Of a stretch of DNA of 64,000 bases, positions 47,893 to 57,343 are shown in pieces. The DNA is from Planctomycetota bacterium (GTDB lineage: Bacteria > Planctomycetota > UBA1135 > UBA2386). The stretch covers positions 1,696,001 to 1,760,000 of the forward strand of contig OZ245838.1 of the NCBI GenBank assembly GCA_965228735.1, written 5' to 3'. Position 1 is the first letter of the stretch; every line of letters begins with the position of its first letter. A model generated the notes under the pieces. It made no database searches and was not told where the DNA came from. It saw nothing but the letters and a program-made list of their open reading frames with translations. The translations under genes were made by a program, and so were the position numbers.

Positions 47893-48477
47893 ATGACCGA
47901 TCCGTTCGACCCGAACGCGGAGCGCCGCTTCGTCGATGGCGTTCTGGCCGGTCACCCTGGAGCCCGCGCCGTGTTCGAGAAACGCATCCACTGTGTGCCA
48001 CGCATGCTCGCCGCGCTGAACACGCGGCGCGGTCGGCCGCTGGCGGCGCACGACCTCGACGATCTGGCGCAGGAAACGATGCTCGTAGCGCTGCGCAAGT
48101 TGCCGTCGTTCCGGCCGATCGCGCCGCTCGAGGGCTGGTTGTATCGGCTCTGCCACTACGAGTTCCTCAACGCGCTGCGGCGCCGCGGCCGGGATCGTCG
48201 GCGCGAGCAGTCCGCCGGTGACGGCCTCGACGCCGTCGCGGCGAATCCAGCAGCCGAACCGACCTCGGACGAGACCCTGCACCTCGCAATCGAGCGGCTC
48301 GGCGGCATCGAAGCCGAGGTCATCAGGCTGAAGCACTTCGACGGCCTGACCCTGGCCGAGATCGCAGCCCGGCTCGGAGAGCCCGAGTCGACGGTCAAGG
48401 CGCGCTACTACCGCGCGCGGAAGAAGCTCGAACGGCTGCTCCGCGAGGATCCGCCCGCGGACGAGGAGCCTTCATGA
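47893..48477 (+). CDS. ECF RNA polymerase sigma factor
   Basis: DDLAQETML, GWLYR, LTLAEIAARLGEPESTVKARYYRAR. Confidence 0.92.
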   Translation: MTDPFDPNAERRFVDGVLAGHPGARAVFEKRIHCVPRMLAALNTRRGRPLAAHDLDDLAQETMLVALRKLPSFRPIAPLEGWLYRLCHYEFLNALRRRGRDRRREQSAGDGLDAVAANPAAEPTSDETLHLAIERLGGIEAEVIRLKHFDGLTLAEIAARLGEPESTVKARYYRARKKLERLLREDPPADEEPS

Positions 48478-49157
48478 CGACCGAACATCACGACGAAGCG
48501 CACGAGCTCGTGCTCGCGGAGATCCTCGCCGGGGAACTCGATGTCGCCGCGGCCACAGCGGCAGCGGTGCGCGAGTGTCGCGAATGCCGCGCCGAGCTCG
48601 AGCGCATGCAGGCGACGACGGAGCGTCTCGACGCCGCCGGCAGGGAGCATCGCGAGATGGTCGCACTCGCGGCCGAGCCGAAGGAGGCGCGGGGTCTCGA
48701 CACCCCCGTCGCAGCGCCTCGCCGCTGGTTGCCGTTCGCCGCGGCTGCGGCGGTGCTGGTGGTCGTGATCCTGGGCCTGCGCTTGCGCTGGTTCGACGAG
48801 ACTGGGCCGCGCGGCCTCGATCGCAACATGCTGCTCCACGGAGCCGTCGACGTTCGCGGGTTCCATCCTGCCGGCGCCGTCGCCGAGACCGAGCTGTTCC
48901 CGTTCCGGTGGAAGAACGTGATCGAGCTGCTGGATCCGACCTATCGGATCGAGGTCCACGAGATCGACCGCGATGGCAACCTGTTGCCGACACCGATCGC
49001 GGAGGGCGAGGCCTTGCGCCAACGCGAGTGGCTGCCCGACGAGCAGGACCGCGCTAGGATCCTCGCATGCGCGGCCTTCCAGTGGCAGGTGATCGCCAAG
49101 GGCCAGGCGACGGAGGTCGAGCTCCGTCTGCCTGCGATCGTCGCGGCCCGCCGCTAG
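48474..49157 (+). CDS. Putative anti-sigma factor (CxxC, TM, extracytoplasmic domain)
   Basis: ATGA overlap with the sigma gene; ECRECR; TM WLPFAAAAAVLVVVILGL. Confidence 0.75.
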   Translation: MTTEHHDEAHELVLAEILAGELDVAAATAAAVRECRECRAELERMQATTERLDAAGREHREMVALAAEPKEARGLDTPVAAPRRWLPFAAAAAVLVVVILGLRLRWFDETGPRGLDRNMLLHGAVDVRGFHPAGAVAETELFPFRWKNVIELLDPTYRIEVHEIDRDGNLLPTPIAEGEALRQREWLPDEQDRARILACAAFQWQVIAKGQATEVELRLPAIVAARR

Positions 49158-51700
49158 GCTGGGGCCCGCTCGTTCTCGCGCTGATCGTCGTGCTCGTAGC
49201 GGGCGGCGTCTGGTGGCTCGGCCGCGGTGCGGCGGCCGGAGCCGAAACCGAAAGCGAGCCGACCGCGTACGACCGCCTGTGGGCGCGTATCATGGACGCC
49301 GGCGCCGCCCGGGATGTCGGCGCGCTGCGCGTGCTGCTCGACGAGACGGCGGCCGGGCCGGTTGACCGTGATCACGGCGCCGCCTCGGCCTACTTCACGG
49401 TTGCCAGCTACGTCGCCGGTCTCGATCCCGACGTGAGCAGCGAGCTGCTGCGGCCCGCGTTCGAGGCCGCCCGCCGAGGGGCGAACGCACCCGACCTCGA
49501 AGCGGAGTCTCGCGCGGCCGCTGTCAGCAACGCGGCCTGGCTCGGCACGCGGATCGCCGACGCCATGCGACGGGAGAGCGCCACCCCGGCGGTGCGGCTC
49601 GCGTTCCTCGAGCGCGTGCCGTCGCCGCCTGGCGACCTCAACGGGTTGTGGGCCGCGGTCCAGAGGTTCGACTGCCTCCTGGAGCTCGGGCGGCCAGGCA
49701 ACATCGCGGCCGAGCTCGACGCGATTCGACTCGACGCGTTCGAGGGCCCGAGCGCCGCGGTGGCGCAGCTGCTGGTGCGCGCGTGCCGCGCCGAGCTCGA
49801 CCTGTACGTCGGCAATCACGACGAGGCGCTGCGGCATCTGCTGCCCGTGGTGCGTGACGAGACGCAATTGACGATTGCCGGTCAGCTCGATCCGGTCGCG
49901 GTGTTCCGGCTACACAGCACCTACATCAACTATCTGTTCGCCGCCGCCCGTTTCGACGAAGTCAGCGATGCCGTCGCCGCGGCCCGGGGCTCTGGTACGG
50001 CCGTGACGGACTCCGATGACGGGGAGTTCCTGGACCTGCACAGCGCGGCCGCGACGCTGATCGGCAGCAGCGCGGACGCCGCCGATCGCGCGGCGGCAGT
50101 CGCGGTCCTGGACCGCCTCGGCGCCGAGTCGCGATTCGACGAAACACGGTGTTGGGCCGCGATTCACCGCATGCGTGCGGCGCTGCGGACTCCCGACTTC
50201 GAAGCCGCCGCGGCCGCGCTCGCCCGCGCGCGGGCCACGGTGACGGCGGGCCTCGAAGGACCGCGGCGGTATCTGGAGACCGGCGATGCGGCGCTCCTGC
50301 TGCAGCGACACCGCGAGGAGCCCGTCGAGCCGGGCGAGCTCGCCGCCGCGGCCCGGCGGCTCGAGACGCTCTGGATCGAACTCACGGCGGAGGTCACGCA
50401 GCTGCCGCAACGGGCGGGCGGCGTCGGGTTCCTGCACTACGCGTTCCGCCGCGACGTGCTCGCGCAACGTCTGGCCCTGCGTCTTGCGCTCGACCCGTCC
50501 CCGTCCGGCGTCGAAGGTGCCCTCGAGTCACTGCTCGCCGCTCGCGAAGCGCTCCACCCCGGGGCCGGCACCGCGCGCAACGGTGGTTCGTCAGCGCCTG
50601 ACGTGACGCTCCGAGCCGTGCGCGATCAGGCGCTCGTCTCGGAGCGTCACGGCGTGCTGATCTACCTGCTGGGCGGCGGTTCGTCGCACGTCTTCGCCGT
50701 GGATCGCGATAGGGTCGTCCACGCCGATCTGCGGGGCACGGATGCGTTGCACGAGATGGCGCGCCGGGTCGCGGCCGCGATCGGGCGCGGACTCGACCTG
50801 GCCAGAGCCAAGGGTCGCGAGGCAGCGCTCGAGCAGCAGCGGTGGTCCGCTTGCCGAGACATCGAGGACGCGGCCGCGGCGGCTGCGGCAGCCGTGTTGC
50901 CGGAGTCGATCCGCGCCGTGATGGCGGATTGGGATCGACTGTCCGTCATGGGAAGCGACCTGCTGCCGCAGCTGCCGTTGGAGTGCCTGCCGTTCGACGG
51001 GGATCTGCTCGGCGAGCGCTTCGCCGTCGATCACTGGCCGGGCGCGGCGTTCGCGCTGGCCTGCACTCCGGCCGCGACGAGTTCGAGTTCGTCGGGCCCC
51101 GGTCCACTGCGGCTCGCACTCTTCGGTACCGTGCGACGCCCCGGCGACCGCGACGGGCTCCACTCGGGCCACGTCGCCCCATGGCTCGCCGACTTCGACG
51201 AGCCGATCGTGCGGCTGGAACAGCACTGTCGGCTCGGGGAGTTGACCGCGCTGGCGGCGATGGACGTGCTCGTGCTGTTGGCCCACGGCCGACGACGTCC
51301 GGACCTCGTCCGGCCGCTCGTGCTCGAGCTCGCGGACGGCGAGCTCGCCTGCACCGACGTCGCTCGGCTGCCGGCGCCGCGCTGCGCCGTGCTCGCCGCA
51401 TGCAACGCCGCTCTGGGGCCCAACCGCTTCGGCGCGCCGCTGCGCGCCGACCTGGGCGGAGCGTTCCTGGAGCACGGCACGCAGTGCGTCATCGCCTCGC
51501 CGTTCGCGCTGCGGCTCGCCCCGACGATGCGAGTCCTCGGTGTCGCGCTACCTCTGCTTGCGAACGGCGCCGACCCAGCCGATGCGTTGCAGCGCGCCCG
51601 CCGCGCGCTTGCCGAGGCGAAGGACGCGGAGGGCGCGCTCGACCGCTGGACGAGCGCGCCGCTGGCCGTCTTCGGCTATGGCCACCGCGCGTTCCGCTGA
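49067..51700 (+). CDS. CHAT (caspase-like) domain protein with an N-terminal TM and a helical/TPR-like region
   Basis: LPLECLP, LGERFAV, LLAHG, VLAACN, AFLEHG..VIAS, ADALQRARR; start uncertain (overlaps the upstream gene). Confidence 0.85.
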   Translation: MRGLPVAGDRQGPGDGGRAPSACDRRGPPLGWGPLVLALIVVLVAGGVWWLGRGAAAGAETESEPTAYDRLWARIMDAGAARDVGALRVLLDETAAGPVDRDHGAASAYFTVASYVAGLDPDVSSELLRPAFEAARRGANAPDLEAESRAAAVSNAAWLGTRIADAMRRESATPAVRLAFLERVPSPPGDLNGLWAAVQRFDCLLELGRPGNIAAELDAIRLDAFEGPSAAVAQLLVRACRAELDLYVGNHDEALRHLLPVVRDETQLTIAGQLDPVAVFRLHSTYINYLFAAARFDEVSDAVAAARGSGTAVTDSDDGEFLDLHSAAATLIGSSADAADRAAAVAVLDRLGAESRFDETRCWAAIHRMRAALRTPDFEAAAAALARARATVTAGLEGPRRYLETGDAALLLQRHREEPVEPGELAAAARRLETLWIELTAEVTQLPQRAGGVGFLHYAFRRDVLAQRLALRLALDPSPSGVEGALESLLAAREALHPGAGTARNGGSSAPDVTLRAVRDQALVSERHGVLIYLLGGGSSHVFAVDRDRVVHADLRGTDALHEMARRVAAAIGRGLDLARAKGREAALEQQRWSACRDIEDAAAAAAAAVLPESIRAVMADWDRLSVMGSDLLPQLPLECLPFDGDLLGERFAVDHWPGAAFALACTPAATSSSSSGPGPLRLALFGTVRRPGDRDGLHSGHVAPWLADFDEPIVRLEQHCRLGELTALAAMDVLVLLAHGRRRPDLVRPLVLELADGELACTDVARLPAPRCAVLAACNAALGPNRFGAPLRADLGGAFLEHGTQCVIASPFALRLAPTMRVLGVALPLLANGADPADALQRARRALAEAKDAEGALDRWTSAPLAVFGYGHRAFR

Positions 51701-53467
51701 TCACTGCGGCGGCGTCTGGATCGGCTGTGTCGAGCCCGTCGACGAACCCGTGCGGGTGGGCTTGACGATCGGCGGGAGCACCCCGCCGGTCGGCCGGTAG
51801 CCGCCCGTCCTCTCGCGGCCGGCCTTCGGCGGTGACGAGCCGCCGTTCTTCGACAGCCAGACCGGACTCACGGGCCCGATGTTCGGATACAGCTCCTCGA
51901 GGTGGTCGTTCGCCATGTCGAGATACGTCTGGCTCGCGTTGGTCGTGGCGGAGAAGCCGGCCACCGTGAAGATGAGCCCGTCGCCGGGCTCGGTCGCGTC
52001 GCCGTTACCGAACACCACTTCGGCGTGCCAGAACGCATCCGCGCTGTGGGGCACGGTGCCGGTGTCGATGTAGATCGAATGCGCGGTCGGCGAGCCCGGG
52101 CCCGACCACGGCTCGATCTCGTAGATGCGGTTGATGGCGCTCTCCGTCGGGATCTCCTCGCCGGCAGCGGGCTCCACCCACACGTTGACCTGCACGTGCG
52201 TGTAGTTCGCGTTGCTGAGGTCGAACAGTGAGCTGTGCGCGAAGTGCAGGTGCAGGCCGGGGAACGACTGTAGGGAGTTCGCGAACACCGACCCCGAGTG
52301 CAGCAGCGGCGGCAGGTCCCCGACCGCCGACGCGTAGGTCCGGCCGTGGGACGTGCCGCGGACGATGACCAGCTTGTCGCCGTTGTCCATCGCGGCGACG
52401 ACGTCGTGATAGCCGTCACCGTCGACGTCGGCACCGGCGACCGGGCCGGTGCTGCCGCCCAGGAGCGGCAGCTGCGCGGCGAGCGCGACGTAGTACTGCT
52501 CGACATCGAGCACACCGGGGCTCGCGTCGGTGACGCGCACCTGGATCGACTGCAGCGTCGAGCTCTGGCCGACGAGCAGGTCGGGCTCTCCGTCCTGGTC
52601 GACGTCGGTCTCGACCATGCTGCTCAGCGTGAAGTCGCCGCCCGGCAGCACGATGTCGGGCGGCTGCGCGATCGGGTCGGCGCCGGCCACGACGGTGAGC
52701 TCCCACCGCGTGTCCTGGAGGTTGCGCCGCAGCCAGTAGATCTTCGAGCCGGCGCGGGTCAGGGTTCCGTCATCGTGCGGCCAGGGCAGGTTCGAGCGCC
52801 ACGTGCCGTCACGGTTGACGACGACGACCCCACTGTCGGTAAGCGCGAACGTCTCGAGCTGACCGTCGCCGTCCTCATCGCCCAGCGCGGTCGCGCGGAT
52901 CGTGCTGCCGACCCAGTGCGCCGAGACCGGCGCGATGCCGGTCGCGTCAACGCTTCCGCGCAGGAGGGTCTGACGATCCTGCGCGATCGCGGAGATCTCG
53001 TAGCCGCTCGCGGTCGAAGCCACGGTCAATTCGCTGATCGCCTGCCAGCCGACCATCGGGAACATCACGATGTGTTGGGTCTCGACGTCGTCCCAGTGGA
53101 TCCGGCCGATGGTATCGCTGCCCACGTGACCGAACAGGATCGCGTCGTGCGCCGGCGTCGTGGGGTTGCCGCCCGGAATGCGCGCGATGTCGGTGACCGC
53201 GACGGGGAAGGACAGCTCCTCGACGGCGTTGAAGGTACCGATGCCGTGGACGCGACCGAGCGCGCCGCCCCGCAGCACGATCGCGTCGCGCTGATGGCTC
53301 GGCAGGTGCGGCGGGAGCAGGAACTCGACCCGCTGGAAGTCGCCGCTCCCGATGGTGTAGTCCACCTCGGTGATCGACGGCTTGTGGGTCGGCAGTTGGC
53401 CCTGGGCGGCGAGGCCCGAGCAAAGCAAGAGGAGCACCGCTTGGGTGCGGAGGTGGCCGGAGTTCAT
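51701..53467 (-). CDS. Secreted FG-GAP/VCBS-like repeat protein
   Basis: Signal peptide; GDEDGDGQLE, DVDQDGEPDL, DVDGDGYHDV. Confidence 0.8.
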   Translation of the reverse strand: MNSGHLRTQAVLLLLCSGLAAQGQLPTHKPSITEVDYTIGSGDFQRVEFLLPPHLPSHQRDAIVLRGGALGRVHGIGTFNAVEELSFPVAVTDIARIPGGNPTTPAHDAILFGHVGSDTIGRIHWDDVETQHIVMFPMVGWQAISELTVASTASGYEISAIAQDRQTLLRGSVDATGIAPVSAHWVGSTIRATALGDEDGDGQLETFALTDSGVVVVNRDGTWRSNLPWPHDDGTLTRAGSKIYWLRRNLQDTRWELTVVAGADPIAQPPDIVLPGGDFTLSSMVETDVDQDGEPDLLVGQSSTLQSIQVRVTDASPGVLDVEQYYVALAAQLPLLGGSTGPVAGADVDGDGYHDVVAAMDNGDKLVIVRGTSHGRTYASAVGDLPPLLHSGSVFANSLQSFPGLHLHFAHSSLFDLSNANYTHVQVNVWVEPAAGEEIPTESAINRIYEIEPWSGPGSPTAHSIYIDTGTVPHSADAFWHAEVVFGNGDATEPGDGLIFTVAGFSATTNASQTYLDMANDHLEELYPNIGPVSPVWLSKNGGSSPPKAGRERTGGYRPTGGVLPPIVKPTRTGSSTGSTQPIQTPPQ

Positions 53468-53725
53468 GGTAGGCGTTGGGTAGTACCAGCGTAGCTACCC
53501 GGGCACGTCCGGACAGGGCGTCGCGGTTGCAGGAATCGACGGAATTGACCGGGGGGCGTCCCCCCAAGGGACGTCGGCTCGGCGCCAGGCGGTTGCACAA
53601 AGCGCCGATCCCATCGGGTCCGGGGATTTGCGACCGGCGCCCGGCCTGCGGACGGATAGCGGGTGCGGTCGCAACGGCGCCGCGCTTCCCGGACTTCCCA
53701 AACCCAAGATATCGCACTCACGACG

Positions 53726-54790
53726 ATGATCCAGCAGCTCCTCTTCGGCGCCCTGTCGCCGGTCCTGTTCGTCGCGGCCTCGGTCGCGCAGTCGTTCAAC
53801 ATCGACATCCACGAAACGCCGAGCACGCCGCCGCCGGCGTCCTATGGTGGCTACCCGGCGCAGCCCGGGACGTGGAACAACCTCTCTGCCTTCACCGGCG
53901 CGCCGATGCCGCTCGTCGACCTCGCTGGTCTGCCGACGACGAGTCGCGCGTGGTTCAGCACCCTCCCGTCGGCCTCGTCCGTGCAGCCGGGCATTCCCGC
54001 GCCGGACACCGAGCTCTACGAGGACTTCGCTGCGACGGACTTCGTCGCGCAGCTCTCGATCGACAACCTCGCCGCGGGGAACTACGTCGCGGTCGTCTAC
54101 TCCTACTATCCCAACGTCTCGACGGGGTTCACGGTGAACGCCGGCGGCACCGCGCAGTCGGCGAACGTGAGCTGCCCGCCGACGTTCCCCGGTCACCAGG
54201 TCGGCTCGACGTTGCGGTCGTTCCAGTTCTCCCTGACCGGGCCGGCGTCGACGATCACGATCGACTTCGCGTTCCTCAGCGGCGAGGGCGGCGTGTTCAA
54301 CGGCGTGCAGTTGGTCCAGTACATCGGCACGCCGGGCTGCCAGAACCAGCCGCTCAACAGCAAGGGCGCGGTGCCCGCGATCGCGGTCACCGGCAGCCCC
54401 GCCGCGAACGACATGGTGCTCCATGCGGGCCTGCTGCCGGGTCCGGGCCAGTTGCCAGACGGCGTCGGTGCGATCCTGTGCTTCGCATCCAACGTCGGCG
54501 GCACGGTGTTCCAGGAGGTCTGCCCTCGCGTCGGCTCCCGCTGCATCGGCAACCCGGTCGTGCGGGTCTTCGATCCGAACGCGCAACAGGGAACCGGCGG
54601 CGTCGGCGTCACGACGAGCTTCGGCACCTACGACCTGCCGATCGATCTGCCGTCACTCGCCGCGCTCGGACTGAACGTCTCGCCCGGAGCGACGCTGCAC
54701 TTCCAGATGATCTACCGTGACAACGACGTCCTCGGCGTGTGCGGTCAGTTCGTCGCCCGGTGGACCCAATCCGTCAGCGTGCAGCTCTGA
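53726..54790 (+). CDS. Secreted protein with the shared C-terminal domain variant
   Basis: Signal peptide..AQSFNID; GTPGC..NSKG...PGATLHFQMIYRD..WTQSVSVQL. Confidence 0.78.
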   Translation: MIQQLLFGALSPVLFVAASVAQSFNIDIHETPSTPPPASYGGYPAQPGTWNNLSAFTGAPMPLVDLAGLPTTSRAWFSTLPSASSVQPGIPAPDTELYEDFAATDFVAQLSIDNLAAGNYVAVVYSYYPNVSTGFTVNAGGTAQSANVSCPPTFPGHQVGSTLRSFQFSLTGPASTITIDFAFLSGEGGVFNGVQLVQYIGTPGCQNQPLNSKGAVPAIAVTGSPAANDMVLHAGLLPGPGQLPDGVGAILCFASNVGGTVFQEVCPRVGSRCIGNPVVRVFDPNAQQGTGGVGVTTSFGTYDLPIDLPSLAALGLNVSPGATLHFQMIYRDNDVLGVCGQFVARWTQSVSVQL

Positions 54791-54957
54791 GCCTGGTGGC
54801 TCGCCGCGGCGAGCCTCGTCAGCGCAGAACAGGCGCCTTGTCAGGCACGGGAGGAGAAGCTTCCGTGCCTGACGAGCGAACGAAGGCCGAACTCGCTCTG
54901 GTGCCTCAGGCCCGACTCTGAGCCTGGTCTGCAGGGACCTGCGACCTCGTCAGCGCA
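54785..54957. repeat. Two 42-bp units CTCTGAGCCTGGT-N16-CCTCGTCAGCGCA, plus hairpins, in a convergent intergenic region
   Basis: Units at 54785-54826 and 54916-54957; hairpin GTCAGGCACGG/CCGTGCCTGAC between them. Confidence 0.8.
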
Positions 54958-54998
54958 TCGAGCCACTTCGTGGCAGACCCCAAAGCCCGACGCTCCCC

Positions 54999-55388
54999 TC
55001 ACCGCAGATCGACCCGCCGCAAGATCGCGCGCCGCAGCTTGACGTTCTCGTAGCCCTTCTCGCGCAGCGTGCGACCCGGCGACCGACCATCCTGCTTGGC
55101 GCGGCGCAGCTCGGTCTCGAGCTCGGGGTGTTCGTCGAGCGCCCGACGCGCTTCCCGGCCGATCGCCAGCTGGCGGACCAGAGCGCGCATGCCCAACCCG
55201 AGCACGGCGAGGCCGAACGCCGTCATCACGCTCGGATAGATCGTGCGCACGCTGCTGTCCGCCTGCTCCTGCAACCAGAACAGTCCGCCGGCCAGGAAGA
55301 CGGTGCCCAACAGGATCAGGCCGGGCGGCGATGAGACCGGCAGGTCGTTCGCGAAGGAATCCGAGTCCTGGTTTCGCCGTGCTCTCAT
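54999..55388 (-). CDS. Small two-TM membrane protein
   Basis: ATGA overlap with the yghU stop; two hydrophobic helices, basic C-terminus. Confidence 0.7.
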   Translation of the reverse strand: MRARRNQDSDSFANDLPVSSPPGLILLGTVFLAGGLFWLQEQADSSVRTIYPSVMTAFGLAVLGLGMRALVRQLAIGREARRALDEHPELETELRRAKQDGRSPGRTLREKGYENVKLRRAILRRVDLR

Positions 55389-56242
55389 TGCAGCTTGTCC
55401 TGAGTCATCGTGTCGAAGTCGCTGCTGTCGTGGCGTTCGTGGAGCTGGTCCGACAACGGCCCCCACGTCCGGTTGACCTTCTGACCCCGCACGACGGCGT
55501 CACGTTGCGCGATCGAGTCGGCCCAACGCACGACGTGGGAGTAGGACGCCGCGTCGAGGAACTCGGCGGCTTCGTACACCCGGTTCTGCACGAGCGCGCC
55601 GTACCACGGATAGATCATGATGTCGGCGATCGTGTAGGTGTCGCCGACCATGTACTCGTTGTCGGCGAGGTGCCGGTCGAGCACGTCCAGCTGGCGCTTG
55701 GTCTCCATCGTGAAGCGGTCGATGCAGTACTTCAGCTTGACCGGCGCGTAGCTGTAGAAGTGTCCGAACCCGCCGCCGACCATCGGCGCGCTGCCCATCT
55801 GCCAGAAGACCCAGTTCAGGCACCGGGTCCGGTCCGCCTGCGACGAGGGGATCAACGCTCCGAACTTCTCGGCCAGGTAGAGCACGATCGACCCGGACTC
55901 GAAGACCTTCGTCGGCGGGCTCGTGCTGCGGTCGACGAGCGCCGGGATCTTGGAGTTGGGGTTCACGTCGACGAAGCCGCTCGTGAATTGATCGCCGTCC
56001 ATGATCCGGATCAGGTGGGCGTCGTACTCCGCGCCCGCGTGCCCGAGCGCCAGGAGCTCCTCGAGCATGATGGTCACCTTGACGCCGTTCGGCGTCGCGA
56101 GGGAGTAGAGCTGCAGCCGGTGCGCGCCGACCGGCAGCTCGCGGTCCTCGGTCGGGCCGGCGACGGGGCGATTGAGCGGGAACGCGGCGTTCTCGTCTCT
56201 CTCCCAGCGCCAGACCTTCGGTGGGGTGTAGTCGTCAGTCAT
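55385..56242 (-). CDS. yghU: Glutathione-dependent disulfide-bond oxidoreductase (GST Nu class)
   Basis: YTPPKVW, LYSLATPNGVKV, NPNSKIPAL, FESGSI, GGGFGHFY, ERHDSSDF. Confidence 0.96.
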   Translation of the reverse strand: MTDDYTPPKVWRWERDENAAFPLNRPVAGPTEDRELPVGAHRLQLYSLATPNGVKVTIMLEELLALGHAGAEYDAHLIRIMDGDQFTSGFVDVNPNSKIPALVDRSTSPPTKVFESGSIVLYLAEKFGALIPSSQADRTRCLNWVFWQMGSAPMVGGGFGHFYSYAPVKLKYCIDRFTMETKRQLDVLDRHLADNEYMVGDTYTIADIMIYPWYGALVQNRVYEAAEFLDAASYSHVVRWADSIAQRDAVVRGQKVNRTWGPLSDQLHERHDSSDFDTMTQDKLQ

Positions 56243-56386
56243 GGGTATCGTGTTTCGAACCGGTGGCAAGGCGGACCAGGATGTGGTGTCGGCCCGGCGC
56301 CGCATCGCTACTCTAACGGCCGCCCCCGCCGAACCGACCCGGTGACCGAAGCGCTCGCGGATCGGTCCGGGGAACAGGCCGAGACC

Positions 56387-57343
56387 ATGCCGATCATCGA
56401 ACGCGACCCGTGGCGTGACCAGTATTTCGAGAACGTCGCCTGCCCGGACGACGTGATCATCCCGACCGACGACGAGCACGCCTACGAGCTCTACCCCGAG
56501 CATCGCTGGATCTACAACAAGCTCGCGGTGTGCGACTCACAGGGGCTCGCCGGCGCGCCGCACGGCGTGCCGCCCGCGGCGTTCCCGGTCTTCAGCAAGC
56601 CGATCTACAACATGCACGGCATGGGCGTCGGCGGTCGGCTCATCGAATCCGCGGACGAGCTGGCGGCCAACATGCAGGCCGGCCACATGTGGATGACGGC
56701 GGCCGAGGGCGAGCACGTGAGCAGCGACGCGGTCGTCATCGGCGGGCAACCGCAGTGGTGGCGGCACTGCATCGGCAAGCAGCTCGACGAGGGCATGTTC
56801 GACTACTGGACGATGCTCGCCGAAGAGCGGCCGGAGCTCGAGCGCTACTGCGGCGACTGGCTGCGCAAGAACCTCAAGGGCTACAGCGGCGCCGTCAACA
56901 TCGAGACCATCGGCGGGCGGATCATCGAAGCCCACCTGCGGTTCGCCGACCAATGGCCGGACCTCTACGGCGCTGGCTGGCTCGACGCGATCGTGGAGCT
57001 GTATTCGCGGCATCGCTGGCGGTTTCCGGACGACGACCGACGCGATGGCTACAGCGTCGTGCTGTTCGGCGCGCACGGCGCCCCCTACCGCCATCCGCCG
57101 CCGGCCCTCGTCGACGAGATCCGGGCGCGCGAGGGCGTCACGAGCGTGCAGATCACGTTCCACGAGGACGTCCCGCAGGAACAGCACGCGATGCCGCCCG
57201 GCGGCTTCCGCCTCGCGATCGTGAACTGCACGCAGCTCGACGTCGGCCTCAAGGCCCGCGAGGACCTCGCGCTGACGTTCTGGTCCACCCAGAAGCTCGG
57301 CAAGCGTCGGCGCCGCGCCGGACCGCCGGCGCCCGGCCGATGA
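56387..57343 (+). CDS. Conserved hypothetical protein with ATP-grasp-like motifs
   Basis: IYNKL, FPVFSKPIYNMHGMGVG, GEHVSSD, VNIETIGGRIIEAHLRF. Confidence 0.7.
   Translation: MPIIERDPWRDQYFENVACPDDVIIPTDDEHAYELYPEHRWIYNKLAVCDSQGLAGAPHGVPPAAFPVFSKPIYNMHGMGVGGRLIESADELAANMQAGHMWMTAAEGEHVSSDAVVIGGQPQWWRHCIGKQLDEGMFDYWTMLAEERPELERYCGDWLRKNLKGYSGAVNIETIGGRIIEAHLRFADQWPDLYGAGWLDAIVELYSRHRWRFPDDDRRDGYSVVLFGAHGAPYRHPPPALVDEIRAREGVTSVQITFHEDVPQEQHAMPPGGFRLAIVNCTQLDVGLKAREDLALTFWSTQKLGKRRRRAGPPAPGR

Noticed and set aside
53628..53675. c-di-GMP-I riboswitch upstream of 53726
   Set aside because: The hairpin TTGCGACCG...CGGTCGCAA contains a P2-like CCGGCCT..GATAGCGG, but no P1 (GGCAAAC..GAAA..GCAAAG) is visible. 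An Rfam scan would be needed.
54785..54957. CRISPR array or hammerhead ribozyme
   Set aside because: Only two units, with variable centres and no cas genes. CTGACGA is present but the GAAA required after stem II is missing.
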